Part shown: one piece after another, positions 30,511 through 40,165 of the stretch | How positions within the stretch are numbered: position 1 is the stretch's first letter | Layout: every line of letters starts with the position of its first letter | NCBI GenBank assembly: GCA_020638975.1 | Contig: JACKHN010000020.1 | Location: 1 to 64,000 of the forward strand | Direction: 5' to 3' | Origin: Planctomycetaceae bacterium | GTDB lineage: Bacteria > Planctomycetota > Planctomycetia > Pirellulales > Pirellulaceae | DNA length: 64,000 bases | The notes under the pieces: generated by a model | What the model was told of the DNA's origin: nothing | Seen by the model: the letters and a program-made list of their open reading frames with translations, nothing else | Databases searched by the model: none | Made by a program: the position numbers and the translations under genes

Positions 30511-31124
30511 TTCCTCTCGTCCATAAACAATCTTTCGTCGGATAACAGCATCTCGCCATCTAAGATCAACATGCCATCTGCCGTCACGCCACGTAGGTAA
30601 TCACGACTCGCACCATGCACGCAGCCTGGCACCTCGACAACTTCGTCGATACGCAAAGTGGTAACTTCATGAACTTCGTCGACCAACATGCCGAACTCCT
30701 GCCGCCCCTTGCCCAGGATGATGATCGGTGGCTGCGTTTCGGGCGCAGTGGTGATGTCGAAAAACGTTCGCAGGTCCAACACCGAGAGCACCGCCCCTCG
30801 CATGTTCGTAACACCCAACAGAAACTCCGGCCCTCCTGGCACGGGTGTAATGTCGCTCACTCGATAAACTTCGTGGATGAATTTCGTCTCAATCGCCAAA
30901 CGTTCCGTTGCCATCCGCACGATCATGACTTCAAGAATCTCGTCCGAGTTGGGAGCCGTATCGGGAACCTTTGCGAGTGTCTTCGCACGCTCGGCCATGA
31001 CGACTTCGGCCTGCGTCTCCGTCAGCGATTCACTTTGGCTAGACGCTTCCATCAGACGTAGGAAACGCTGCTTAATAGCCTCCCAATCGAATTGCCCCGA
31101 CTGCGGCTTGTCCGATGTTGTCAT
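30507..31124 (-). CDS. cheW: CheW-like coupling protein (with ~60-aa N-terminal extension)
   Basis: FLLGVTNMRGAVLSVLDLRTFF is the CheW core motif. It has a 4-nt overlap with cheR. Confidence 0.8.
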   Translation of the reverse strand: MTTSDKPQSGQFDWEAIKQRFLRLMEASSQSESLTETQAEVVMAERAKTLAKVPDTAPNSDEILEVMIVRMATERLAIETKFIHEVYRVSDITPVPGGPEFLLGVTNMRGAVLSVLDLRTFFDITTAPETQPPIIILGKGRQEFGMLVDEVHEVTTLRIDEVVEVPGCVHGASRDYLRGVTADGMLILDGEMLLSDERLFMDERN

Positions 31125-32590
31125 GATGTCGCCCCCAGTGCGGCATCAATCGCTCGCAAATGGTTCGTGGCCGCTCTCGCTAGTAGCCGCGACGTTTCGT
31201 GTTCGGACAAGGGAACTATTTCATCGGGAGCTCGAGCCGCTGCTAAATCCCGGGCATTTCGGAAAGCTCGCCTTGCCCCATCAAGCGTCCCACGTCGCTG
31301 CAAGATCGAACCGAGCAGAAAGTGCGCGAGGGCCAGCGAACGATCAAGAAACACGACTCGCTGCACCGCCTGCACCGCCTCGACATCCAAGTTCATCTCC
31401 ATCAGCAACACGGCGTGCAGATAATGCAGTTCCGCCGAAAGCGGATGACGGGTTGCGAACAACGCGCATTTTCGGATCGCTGCCTCGGTGCTTAAGTTTG
31501 CCAACGATTTCACATGGATAATGCACGCCGCCGGCTCATTGGGATGCGATTCCGAAAGCTCCACCGCCCGGGCATAATCACCTCGGGCAAGAGCCGCGTG
31601 AGCTTCGTCCTTGTCCCATCGAGTATCTCGATTGATTGCCGCCGTCGACTGAGAATCGCGATTTGCTTGCGATATATTTCCCGAGTTTGCTCCGTACAAA
31701 CCGTCGCGTGGTTCGTTTGTCTCCCATGCCGCCTCCGGAGCCACAACCGCTTCTGTCTTCGCAGCTGTGGGCTTGCGATAAAAGACTCCGAAGTCTGTGA
31801 CGGTCGTCTCGAAAGGAGCGAAATCTCCAACGGGAGGATCACCGGATGCTGTAATAAACCAACCACCGTCGGCAAGGCACTGAAAGAACCGTTGTGCAAC
31901 TTCACGGATCGTCGAGCGACTCAGATAGATCAAAACGTTTCGACAGAGAATCAAATCCATCGCTTCGGTGCTCGTCACATGCGACGGATAGACATCCATT
32001 GCCAGATTCAGGAACTCAAAGCGAACCATACGCCGAATTTTTTCATCGACGTAATAGATCCCTCTGTCGAATCTCAAGTACTCCTTCGCCTCGGCTTGTA
32101 ACTCTCCCCGCAACGACCAGTCGCGATAAGTGGCTTGGCGTGCTTTTGACAATGCTTCCGATGAAATGTCGGTGGCCAAGATCTCGCACTGACTTGCCAG
32201 TCCTTGCTTATGGCACAGCATCGCAAGCGAATAGGGTTCTTCTCCCGACGCGCACGCCGCACTCCAAATTCGCAACTTTTGCCAACCGCCCTTTCGTCGC
32301 AAGATTTCGGGAAGGATCTCGCGGCGAATCCCCTCGAACTGAGATGCCTCGCGAAAAAAGTAAGTCTCACCGACGGTTAACTCGACAATCAAGTTCTCTA
32401 ATGCCTCGACGTCATGCACCAGCAACTTGGCGTACGCCGACGACTCCGCTACACCGCTTCGCTTCATCGCGTTCGCAATTCCTATCTTGGTTGCTTCGCG
32501 TTGAGCCGCTCGAAAGGCGAGTCCAGTCCGCGCCCCTAAGATCGAAAGGATGGATTCGTAGGCTTCGTCCGTCCAGTTGATTTCCGTCAC
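31121..32590 (-). CDS. cheR: Chemotaxis protein methyltransferase CheR fused to C-terminal TPR repeats
   Basis: ETYFFRE, LRIWSAACASGEEPYSLAML and NVLIYL match CheR SAM-MTase motifs. The C-terminal ~200 aa are TPR-like helical repeats. Confidence 0.85.
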   Translation of the reverse strand: MTEINWTDEAYESILSILGARTGLAFRAAQREATKIGIANAMKRSGVAESSAYAKLLVHDVEALENLIVELTVGETYFFREASQFEGIRREILPEILRRKGGWQKLRIWSAACASGEEPYSLAMLCHKQGLASQCEILATDISSEALSKARQATYRDWSLRGELQAEAKEYLRFDRGIYYVDEKIRRMVRFEFLNLAMDVYPSHVTSTEAMDLILCRNVLIYLSRSTIREVAQRFFQCLADGGWFITASGDPPVGDFAPFETTVTDFGVFYRKPTAAKTEAVVAPEAAWETNEPRDGLYGANSGNISQANRDSQSTAAINRDTRWDKDEAHAALARGDYARAVELSESHPNEPAACIIHVKSLANLSTEAAIRKCALFATRHPLSAELHYLHAVLLMEMNLDVEAVQAVQRVVFLDRSLALAHFLLGSILQRRGTLDGARRAFRNARDLAAARAPDEIVPLSEHETSRLLARAATNHLRAIDAALGATS

Positions 32591-33051
32591 GTCGATGGTC
32601 CCTCCGTTTGGGACTCGACCAGAGCCGCAGCGCTAAGCGTACCTTCCATCGCCGCCAGTCTCTCGATATCGATTACATGCACGAGGCCGTCACTCGTTTT
32701 CGCCACGAAGTCAATCAGCCCAGTCTGCGGCAAAACCGTTGACGCGGCCTGCACATCGCATCCTGCTAACTGGACGAGATCGATCGCCACGTCAACGTGC
32801 AATGCGAGCGTCCGCTCGTCCGTAGCAACGACGATGAAATAGTCGGTGTGCCGAATCTTTCGAGAGTCGAGTGAAAACAACCGGCGCACATCAATAACCG
32901 GCAGAATCCGTCCTCGCAGATTCAACAGCCCCTCGACGATGTCGGGTGCTTGCGGGAGCGGCGACAATTTGACCGCGCGTACGACTTCCCGGACGTTGCG
33001 AAGCTGAACGCCGAATCGCTTATCTCCAACATCGAACAGCAGAGCTTCCAC
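32587..33051 (-). CDS. cheW: CheW coupling protein
   Basis: FGVQLRNVREVVRAVKLSPLPQAPDIVEGLLNLRGRILPVIDVRRLF is canonical CheW. Confidence 0.8.
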   Translation of the reverse strand: MEALLFDVGDKRFGVQLRNVREVVRAVKLSPLPQAPDIVEGLLNLRGRILPVIDVRRLFSLDSRKIRHTDYFIVVATDERTLALHVDVAIDLVQLAGCDVQAASTVLPQTGLIDFVAKTSDGLVHVIDIERLAAMEGTLSAAALVESQTEGPST

Positions 33052-33090
33052 TTAAACGCGCCCTCGAGAGGATCGGACGGGCGAACCAGT

Positions 33091-33170
33091 AGTGGTACAC
33101 TTTGTCGTAAGTCGACTTTGTCGTAAGTCGACTTTGTCGTAAGTCGACTTTGTCGTAAGTCGACTTTGTC
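33091..33170. repeat. Five tandem copies of a 16-bp unit (CTTTGTCGTAAGTCGA) followed by an 8-bp-stem hairpin, in the promoter region of the che operon
   Basis: Copies 1-4 are perfect head-to-tail and copy 5 ends ...tcgg. The hairpin gtcgggcactcctgcccgac follows at 33166-33185. The region lies 40-120 nt upstream of the first cheW start (33051). Confidence 0.8.
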
Positions 33171-33428
33171 GTAAGTCGGGCACTCCTGCCCGACAAAAGA
33201 CGGCCAAGAGTGGCCGTCCTACTTTCCGGAATTTCAAACTGTACCACTACCGGCGAACCGAAAAGACATGTCGCGGACCTATGGATCTATTCTAATGGAA
33301 GCGAATCGCACCTCCACACATTTAACGATCGAGACGGTTAAATCGAATATACGGATGTCCGATCCGCGAAACCCGCGAACGGGTTCGCGCGCCTAGGCTG
33401 TACCTCAGATTCAGGTCGACAACGGCAC

Positions 33429-33788
33429 TCAAGCGAATGCGTTCAAGGCCTCAGACTCTGTGTCGCAGATCTTGAAAAGAGTGCCTTCAAGATTAAGAAC
33501 CTTGAACGACATCCGCACATTCCGTTGAAGGTCGCACAGAATTAACTGGCCACCGTATTCATGGACGGCTTTGCGGACATCGACCAAGATGCCGATGGCA
33601 TTCGATCCCATGAACTCGACACTCTTGAGGCTCAGCACGAGTCGTTGCGGTGACGTCGTCGCAACGAGATCCGTCAACTCGTCACGGAGCTGCTCTTGGT
33701 AGTCCAGCTCCGATAGCTCCTTCGCCTTGACGTCAACGATCGTAATTTCGCCGGATTTGCGTACATCGAATCGTTGGTAATCGGTCAT
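33429..33788 (-). CDS. STAS-domain protein (anti-sigma-factor antagonist, SpoIIAA-like)
   Basis: ITIVDVKAKELSELD...LVLSLKSVEFMGSNAIGILVDV...GGQLILCDLQRNVRMSFKVLNLEGTLFKI matches the STAS fold. Start trimmed to MTDYQRF. Confidence 0.7.
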   Translation of the reverse strand: MTDYQRFDVRKSGEITIVDVKAKELSELDYQEQLRDELTDLVATTSPQRLVLSLKSVEFMGSNAIGILVDVRKAVHEYGGQLILCDLQRNVRMSFKVLNLEGTLFKICDTESEALNAFA

Positions 33789-34070
33789 GCAATTGCTCAC
33801 AGGTAGGAGTTCACCGAGTATTCCGCCGCCACGGAACATGCCAGTACGGATACTTAACTACCCCACCAGACTAACCATTGCATTACGCGGTGTCAAAAGG
33901 CCACGACGCGAGGGGCCATTGGTTTTCAAGCTTTGTTAACCCACACGACGATGGCTGGCGGAGAACAGCCGAAGCTGGATCGTGAGTGGAAATAACAAAG
34001 GCGGCAGCTGAATTCCGAGGAATCAGCTACCGCCTCAATGGGATTTCAAGTCGTCGGACGGGCCGAGCGA

Positions 34071-34349
34071 TTAGGCACAAGCGTTGGCGAAACCGCCGCT
34101 GATGATCTCTTGCTCAAGGCTCTCGATACGACCTGCGGTTCGGAACTGATGGGCGAGCATGGCACGGCCCGTCTTGGTCCAAACACCGATCGATCGACGG
34201 GATGCTTTAGTATTGGGGCACAAGAAGGTCACTTTGATGGGAGTGATTTCGTTGATCGTGACGCCCGCGTCGTGTTGCGAGTAATTCACAAGCAACTCGA
34301 CCCTGCGACTGGTCTCATCGTCCTCCCATACCGATTGGTAACTGTTCAT
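34071..34349 (-). CDS. Hypothetical small protein (92 aa)
   Basis: A strong GGGAG Shine-Dalgarno lies 7 nt upstream of MNSYQSVW. The opposite-strand ORF 34038-34454 looks less protein-like. Confidence 0.4.
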   Translation of the reverse strand: MNSYQSVWEDDETSRRVELLVNYSQHDAGVTINEITPIKVTFLCPNTKASRRSIGVWTKTGRAMLAHQFRTAGRIESLEQEIISGGFANACA

Positions 34350-34665
34350 ACGGTCACTCCCATTCAAATCTGTTTCTGTGGCATGTCTGTAAACACAATT
34401 CGCGCTCGACTACCCGGCGAGGGCCAGACAGCCAGCGCGAATCACGAATTATAGTTACGAATTCGGTTTTCATCTGCCCCGGTTTAACCGGATCTTGAAA
34501 AAATGTCGAAAAAAATGGTTGATCGGTGTGGATAACGCGTACCAGCACAGATCTGGCGACCGGATGAAGCCAAGAATCAACCTTTTTGATATGTTGATCT
34601 CGCCGCAAAACGGGTCGATACGGCGAAGCAATTTCAGCAGTGCAATTCACAGGATTTAGCCATTT

Positions 34666-35229
34666 ATGCTAGCAAAAGAGATCAAGCCAGGTGCGGTCGT
34701 TGTGTACGACGGTTCGCCAATACTTATTGAGTCAATGAACGTCCAATCCCCCTCCGCCCGAGGTGCCGCAACTTTGTACAAGTTCCGAGGTCGGAACCTC
34801 GCGACGAAGCAGAAGACGGACATCACCTTGAAGGGTGGCGAGTCGCTGAACGAAGCCGACTTTCAACGCCGCCCGGTCAAGTTGATGTACAGCGATGCCA
34901 CTGACATGCATTTCCTTGACGATCAGGACTTCAACGAGTGGGTACTGCCACTTGAAGACGTCGGCGAAGCGATCAACTTCATTACCGAAGGGCTCGAGGG
35001 TATCCTGTGTTTGATCTACAACGACGAATGTATTGGTGTCCAGTTGCCCACCACGATCGAGTTGACGATCGCCGAGTGTGATCCGGGCGTACGCGGTAAC
35101 TCGGCGACCGGTCGGACGAAACCAGCCAAACTGGAGACGGGGCTGATCGTCCAAGTGCCGGAATTCATCAAACAGGGCGAGCGAATCAAGGTGGATTCTC
35201 GCACCAGCGCGTTCCTTTCTCGAGCCTAG
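34666..35229 (+). CDS. efp: Elongation factor P
   Basis: 187 aa with EF-P KOW-like and OB domains: KPGAVVVYDGSPILIESMNVQSPSARGAATLYKFRGRNLATKQKTDITLKGGESLNEADFQRRPVKLMYSD. Confidence 0.9.
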   Translation: MLAKEIKPGAVVVYDGSPILIESMNVQSPSARGAATLYKFRGRNLATKQKTDITLKGGESLNEADFQRRPVKLMYSDATDMHFLDDQDFNEWVLPLEDVGEAINFITEGLEGILCLIYNDECIGVQLPTTIELTIAECDPGVRGNSATGRTKPAKLETGLIVQVPEFIKQGERIKVDSRTSAFLSRA

Positions 35230-35310
35230 TTTTCCTACCCGCGAAACCTAGCCCACACCTCTGGGGTTTAAGCGGGTGTTACTTTGCCCTACGAACTCGC
35301 GGAAAATGCC

Positions 35311-37575
35311 ATGAAACGAATCGCCCTTGTCTTGTTCACCTGCTCGTTTGTCGGTTTTCTGCTTGGGGATGAACAATCTTCCACAACGCAAGTCGCGAAC
35401 ATCGCACCAACATTCTCCTTGGGCGACTTTCGTGGCAAGCAGTGGAGTTCGGACGATTTCAGCGCGCAACGAGTGCTCGTCGTCGCTTTCTTGGGGACGG
35501 AATGTCCGATCGTGCAGCTCTATTCTCAGCGGCTTCAAGAGATGTCCGACGAACTTTCCGAGCGAGGCGTTGCCTTTATCGGGATCAACCCGAATCAGCA
35601 GGATTCGCTATCCGAATTGGCGCATTTCGCGAAGACTCATGCCATTACCTTCCCGTTGTTGAAGGATCCTGGCAATCGCGTTGCGGATCAGTTTGGCGCA
35701 ACGCGAACACCCGAAGTGTTCGTGTATGATGAGGCAAGGCAGCTCCGTTATCACGGTCGCATCGACGATCAGTACACCTACGGGATTCAACGCCCCAAAG
35801 TGGAACACGAGTACTTGCGTGAGGCAATCGATGCGTTGCTGGCAGATAAACCCATCGCGATCGCGGACACGGAGATTATCGGCTGCCTGATCGGACGCGT
35901 TGCGGAGCCGGATCCGAATAGCGATGTCACTTACTCAAAGCACATCAGTCGGATTTTCCAACGTCGTTGTGTCGAGTGTCATCGCGAAGGCGAGATCGCT
36001 CCGTTCTCGCTCACGAGCTATGACGATGCAGCCGGCTGGGCCGAAATGATCGCAGAGGTCGTCGACCAGCAGCGGATGCCGCCCTGGCACGCCAATCCGA
36101 AGCATGGCGACTTTGCCAACGACGCACGTCTGACGGATGAGGAGAAGCAACAAATCAATGATTGGGTCGCGAGCGGTTCCCCTGAAGGAGACCGCTCAGA
36201 CTTGCCGCCACCTCGAACGTATGTAGAAGGTTGGCGAATCGGCACGCCCGATTTGATCGTCAAAATGTCGGAGAAGCCGTTTAAAGTTCCGGCTGAAGGT
36301 GAAGTTCGCTACCAGTACTTCACCGTCGATCCTGGCTTCACCGAAGACAAATGGGTCAAGGCCGCAGAATGTCGCCCGGGCAATCGCGCGGTTGTCCATC
36401 ACATCATCGTTGCCGCCGGATCGCCTGAGCAAGCTGGAAAGCGAGCCCACGGCAACCTTGAATCCGATTGGCTCGCCGCAACGGCACCAGGCGCACAACC
36501 CATGATGTTGCCGAACGGCTTGGCAAAACGGATTCCTGCCGGATCGCGTCTGGTCTTTCAGATGCACTACACGCCGAACGGAACAGCGCAGGAAGACCTT
36601 AGTAGCATCGGGCTGATCTTTGCTGATCCCAAAACGGTGAAACGAGAGGTCGTTACACAAAAGGCGGCCCAACCTCGCTTCCAGATTCCTCCTGGAGCTG
36701 ACAACCACGAGGTCACTGCGCAAACAACTTTCCATCAAGACACACTGATGCTGGCGATGTTCCCGCACATGCATCTGCGAGGGAAGTCATTCCGGTATAC
36801 AGCAACTTATCCCGATAAAAGCGAAGAAATTTTGCTGGATGTTCCACACTACGATTTCAATTGGCAGAACGCGTACGCATTCAAAGAGCCGAAACTCATG
36901 CCTGCCGGAACGAAGTTGACCTGCGTCGCACACTACGATAATTCAGCAGCGAATTTATCCAACCCGGATCCGACGGCGTCGGTTCGTTGGGGCGATCAAA
37001 CATGGGAAGAGATGATGATCGGCTACTTCGACATGGTCCTCGCCGATCAAGACCTCTCGAAGAATCCGCTCACTCGGCGAACGGACGATTTCCTAAAACA
37101 GTACGCCGCCGGGACAACCACTGTCCCTGCTCAAGTACAACAGTTCGCGTCTTCCGCCTTAGAATCCGATGAATCGCTACGTCGTCTCGGAGCCGAGTTG
37201 CTTAAGGTCGTACCGCAAGTTGATCGCGTCGACTGGATTGCTGTCGAAGGTCGCACGCTGCATGTACGCCGTGTCGCCCAATCCGGCGGCGCGGGCCAAG
37301 GTGCATCTGGGCTGAAGGTACCTGCGGCGAAGCTGCGATTGGCAGAGTATGCAGAAGGTAACACGACCGTCGTTCACGCGAAGACGAGCGAAGTCGACGC
37401 TCCTGACTTCAAGTTGCTTGGTCGCTTGTTCGCTTCGAGCATGCATGTGCCGGTAAAGGTCGAAGGTGTTCCCGCCGTGATCAGCTTCTGGAGCACCGAA
37501 CTGGATGCTTTTCCAGCGGAAGCTGTGGGGATTCTCGAAGGGTTGGCGAAGCAACTCAATACAAAGCCACGCTAG
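35311..37575 (+). CDS. Secreted multidomain redox protein: redoxin-like, Planctomycete cytochrome c (CxxCH), and copper type-II monooxygenase-like domains
   Basis: Signal peptide MKRIALVLFTCSFVGFLLG. Thioredoxin-fold block VLVVAFLGTECPIVQLY...TPEVFVYD. Heme motif RRCVECHREGEIAPFSL. His clusters VVHHIIV...QMHYT...FPHMHLRGKS resemble the CuH/CuM sites of PHM/DBH-type monooxygenases. Confidence 0.7.
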   Translation: MKRIALVLFTCSFVGFLLGDEQSSTTQVANIAPTFSLGDFRGKQWSSDDFSAQRVLVVAFLGTECPIVQLYSQRLQEMSDELSERGVAFIGINPNQQDSLSELAHFAKTHAITFPLLKDPGNRVADQFGATRTPEVFVYDEARQLRYHGRIDDQYTYGIQRPKVEHEYLREAIDALLADKPIAIADTEIIGCLIGRVAEPDPNSDVTYSKHISRIFQRRCVECHREGEIAPFSLTSYDDAAGWAEMIAEVVDQQRMPPWHANPKHGDFANDARLTDEEKQQINDWVASGSPEGDRSDLPPPRTYVEGWRIGTPDLIVKMSEKPFKVPAEGEVRYQYFTVDPGFTEDKWVKAAECRPGNRAVVHHIIVAAGSPEQAGKRAHGNLESDWLAATAPGAQPMMLPNGLAKRIPAGSRLVFQMHYTPNGTAQEDLSSIGLIFADPKTVKREVVTQKAAQPRFQIPPGADNHEVTAQTTFHQDTLMLAMFPHMHLRGKSFRYTATYPDKSEEILLDVPHYDFNWQNAYAFKEPKLMPAGTKLTCVAHYDNSAANLSNPDPTASVRWGDQTWEEMMIGYFDMVLADQDLSKNPLTRRTDDFLKQYAAGTTTVPAQVQQFASSALESDESLRRLGAELLKVVPQVDRVDWIAVEGRTLHVRRVAQSGGAGQGASGLKVPAAKLRLAEYAEGNTTVVHAKTSEVDAPDFKLLGRLFASSMHVPVKVEGVPAVISFWSTELDAFPAEAVGILEGLAKQLNTKPR

Positions 37576-40154
37576 TCACGAACGCGCAAGGCCAGTAGCC
37601 CGACGCCGGCGAACACCGTAATGTATACGGCCAATGCAACGCAGCCCCAACCCGGCGTCCAGCTGTCCGACAACGTCAGGTAATCGGCATCACGCAACCG
37701 CTCTTGGACCGAGCTTTCTAGTGTCGTAAGCGATCCTTGAAATGCCCAGTACGCCGGAATGAAAACCTGTGAAAACTCACGCGTGTAGTTCAACAGTGGC
37801 GCTATCAACCCGGCGAGGATGATCTGCGGAATCAGCATCATCGGCACAACGGTCGCGGCCAGGTCCTCCGTCGTCGCCAAAGCCGAAATTGCCAGCCCCA
37901 TCGCAACGCCAGTCGTCGCGGCCAGCGACAGCAGCATCCATTGGCCGATCGCATCACCGCCTAAGTGGGTAAAACGGTTGACGAGCCAATAGAAAAGTGT
38001 GGCTTGCAAAATGCTAATAGTTGCCAGCAAGACGAACTTCGATCCGTAGTAGCTCAGCACTCGCAACCCGACGTCACGTTCCCTGCCGTAGATCGTGGCT
38101 TCTTTCACGATCTCTTTTGCGGAATTGTTACAGCCGAACCAAATGCAGGAAATGCAAAGCAAGAATAGAAGCTTTGACGACAGATCGGTTCGCTTGGCGA
38201 GTTCGGCTTCAACGCGGAGCTCTTTTCGCTGTTTATCGCGTTGTCGAATATACTCTTCGTCCGCCTCCAAGAACGCTCGATCCTCGTCCGACATGTTGCT
38301 GAGCGAACCACCGTATTGAAGCTCATACAGTTGCTCTTCTCGTTGCGTGACTTCCGTGTCAACATTCAGCTTCGAGATGTCGCCAAACAACCAAACCAAC
38401 AACCCGGCGATCACGAGGCATTGTCCGAAGATCATCGCCAATGCCCGCTTATCCGCCCATTGAATTGCGAGGTAGCGTCGCAGCAATACATGAAACTGCC
38501 GCCACATCGTCATCAATTGCAGCGGGCGCCGCCGGCTCGTCACTCTTGCTACAGCGTCATTCGCCTCAGGTAATCGACGTTCGACGTATTCCTGATAGAC
38601 GGGGCTCTTCTTAAACCGTTCTTTCCACTCGCTAGGTGTGCGATGCTTGAGGACTTGATAGACGTCGCCAAGTCGCTCAATTCCAAAGTATTTCAGCGCG
38701 GCGGAGGGCGGACCGAAAAACGCGAGCACTCCGCCTTCGGCCAGGATCGCCACGAGGTGACAGTTGTCAGGCACATAACTCAGACTGTGCGTGACACAGA
38801 CCAGCGTTTTCCCTTCATCCGCCATGCGACGGAACATCTGCATCATTTCCGAATCGGTTTGTTCGTCGAGCCCTGACGTGACCTCATCCAGAAAGATCAG
38901 ACTCGGGTTGCTGATCGCTTCATTCGCCCAACTCGCCCGCTTGATCTGGCCACCGCTCAGTTGTCGGATCTGTGTGAACTGCCGCTGCACCAAGCTGACT
39001 GTATCTAGCGTCGCGTCGATTCTTGCCTCGATGTCTTGTCTCGACATATCGGCAGGCAGACGCATCTTGGCCGTATACCAAAGCGCGGTCTTGAGCGGCA
39101 AGACATCGTGCAACACGTCGCGTTGCGGGACGACCGCGAGATTCTGCTTCAGAGCGTCAAAGTGGGAGTAAAGGTTCTCGCCGTTCAGCAGCACGCTGCC
39201 TTCGTTGGCCGGAACGCGAGCACTTAGCGCCGAGAGTAGCGTTGTCTTGCCCGAACCACTTGGTCCCAGTATGCACACGAATTCGCGAGGCCGCACGACT
39301 AACGAAACGTCGTCGAGAATCACTTTCTGCTGGCCGCGATTCCGGCGATCAGGCACTTGTCGCACTAAATTCCTGGCCACAAGTTCGACGTTATTTTCAC
39401 GGCACAAAGGATACAGTGCGTGGCCGCGATAGATCCATGTGTGTGGGCCGATCTGAACTCGCGTCCCGTCCGTAATCACCGTTGGCTTTGCGATCGCTTC
39501 GCCGTTCACGAACGTATGATTGGCACTCCTGAGATCCGTGATGGTTGCGTAGGGGCCGGTCCGTTCGATGGCAGCGTGCTGGCGTGAAACACGCACGTCG
39601 GGCAGGCAAATGTCAGCGCGATCAGCATCGCGACCGATGACAGCACGTGTTTCTGGCAGCGCAATCGCACCGGGAATTTCGAGCGGGACGATTGACTGCT
39701 GCATCTGCAGAATCTGATCGAACGGCATACGCATCGTTTCACTAGTGTGAATCGTCTGCTTGGTCTCCGCCTCGCCGCCGAGCAACGACGGCGTCTCGAG
39801 CATTTGATTGATCAGCCAAAGATTGGCAGAGTAGGAGCTTGTCGTCTTAGTGTCTTCGTGTTCGACAAAGACCAGCACGCGATCGCCGACTTGGACGATA
39901 GCCAAATGATTCAGCAGCGACTTTCCGTCGACCAGCTTCTGGTTCAAGCTCAGCGAAATGCCGACTTTGCCTGGTGACAAGAACCACCGACCGTGCTCCT
40001 GTTCAATGCGGCATAAGGCATCATTTGGTCGGTCGCCATCCAGCGAAACGCCCGCCATTGGGTCAGCAATTACGCAAACTGCCGAACGTTCGTTAAAGAG
40101 ATGAGAACGCTCCGTCGCGATGTCATAAAGATAGGGATAGCTGTGGCCGTTCAC
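37572..40154 (-). CDS. FHA-FHA-ABC transporter (ATPase + ABC-2 permease fusion; Rv1747-like)
   Basis: Two N-terminal FHA domains (one is VIGRDADRADICLPDVRVSRQHAAIER...TDLRSANHTFVNGEAI). Walker A GPSGSGKTTLLSAL, signature LSGGQIKRASWA, Walker B LIFLDEVTSGLD, and six C-terminal TM helices. Confidence 0.85.
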   Translation of the reverse strand: MNGHSYPYLYDIATERSHLFNERSAVCVIADPMAGVSLDGDRPNDALCRIEQEHGRWFLSPGKVGISLSLNQKLVDGKSLLNHLAIVQVGDRVLVFVEHEDTKTTSSYSANLWLINQMLETPSLLGGEAETKQTIHTSETMRMPFDQILQMQQSIVPLEIPGAIALPETRAVIGRDADRADICLPDVRVSRQHAAIERTGPYATITDLRSANHTFVNGEAIAKPTVITDGTRVQIGPHTWIYRGHALYPLCRENNVELVARNLVRQVPDRRNRGQQKVILDDVSLVVRPREFVCILGPSGSGKTTLLSALSARVPANEGSVLLNGENLYSHFDALKQNLAVVPQRDVLHDVLPLKTALWYTAKMRLPADMSRQDIEARIDATLDTVSLVQRQFTQIRQLSGGQIKRASWANEAISNPSLIFLDEVTSGLDEQTDSEMMQMFRRMADEGKTLVCVTHSLSYVPDNCHLVAILAEGGVLAFFGPPSAALKYFGIERLGDVYQVLKHRTPSEWKERFKKSPVYQEYVERRLPEANDAVARVTSRRRPLQLMTMWRQFHVLLRRYLAIQWADKRALAMIFGQCLVIAGLLVWLFGDISKLNVDTEVTQREEQLYELQYGGSLSNMSDEDRAFLEADEEYIRQRDKQRKELRVEAELAKRTDLSSKLLFLLCISCIWFGCNNSAKEIVKEATIYGRERDVGLRVLSYYGSKFVLLATISILQATLFYWLVNRFTHLGGDAIGQWMLLSLAATTGVAMGLAISALATTEDLAATVVPMMLIPQIILAGLIAPLLNYTREFSQVFIPAYWAFQGSLTTLESSVQERLRDADYLTLSDSWTPGWGCVALAVYITVFAGVGLLALRVRD

Positions 40155-40165
40155 CCATTTATCTT

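Noticed and set aside
33091-33170. Possible CRISPR array
   Set aside because: The repeats are directly abutting with no spacers. The unit is only 16 bp and no cas genes are nearby, so it is a simple tandem repeat.
33020-33247. 75-aa and 61-aa ORFs with internally repeated peptide (LRQSRLTTKSTYDKVD)
   Set aside because: Artefact of translating the 16-bp x5 tandem DNA repeat. There is no start context.
34038-34454. 138-aa plus-strand ORF
   Set aside because: It overlaps the minus-strand small ORF that has a strong GGGAG Shine-Dalgarno. Its composition is poor (Gly/Arg/Thr-rich, no motifs).
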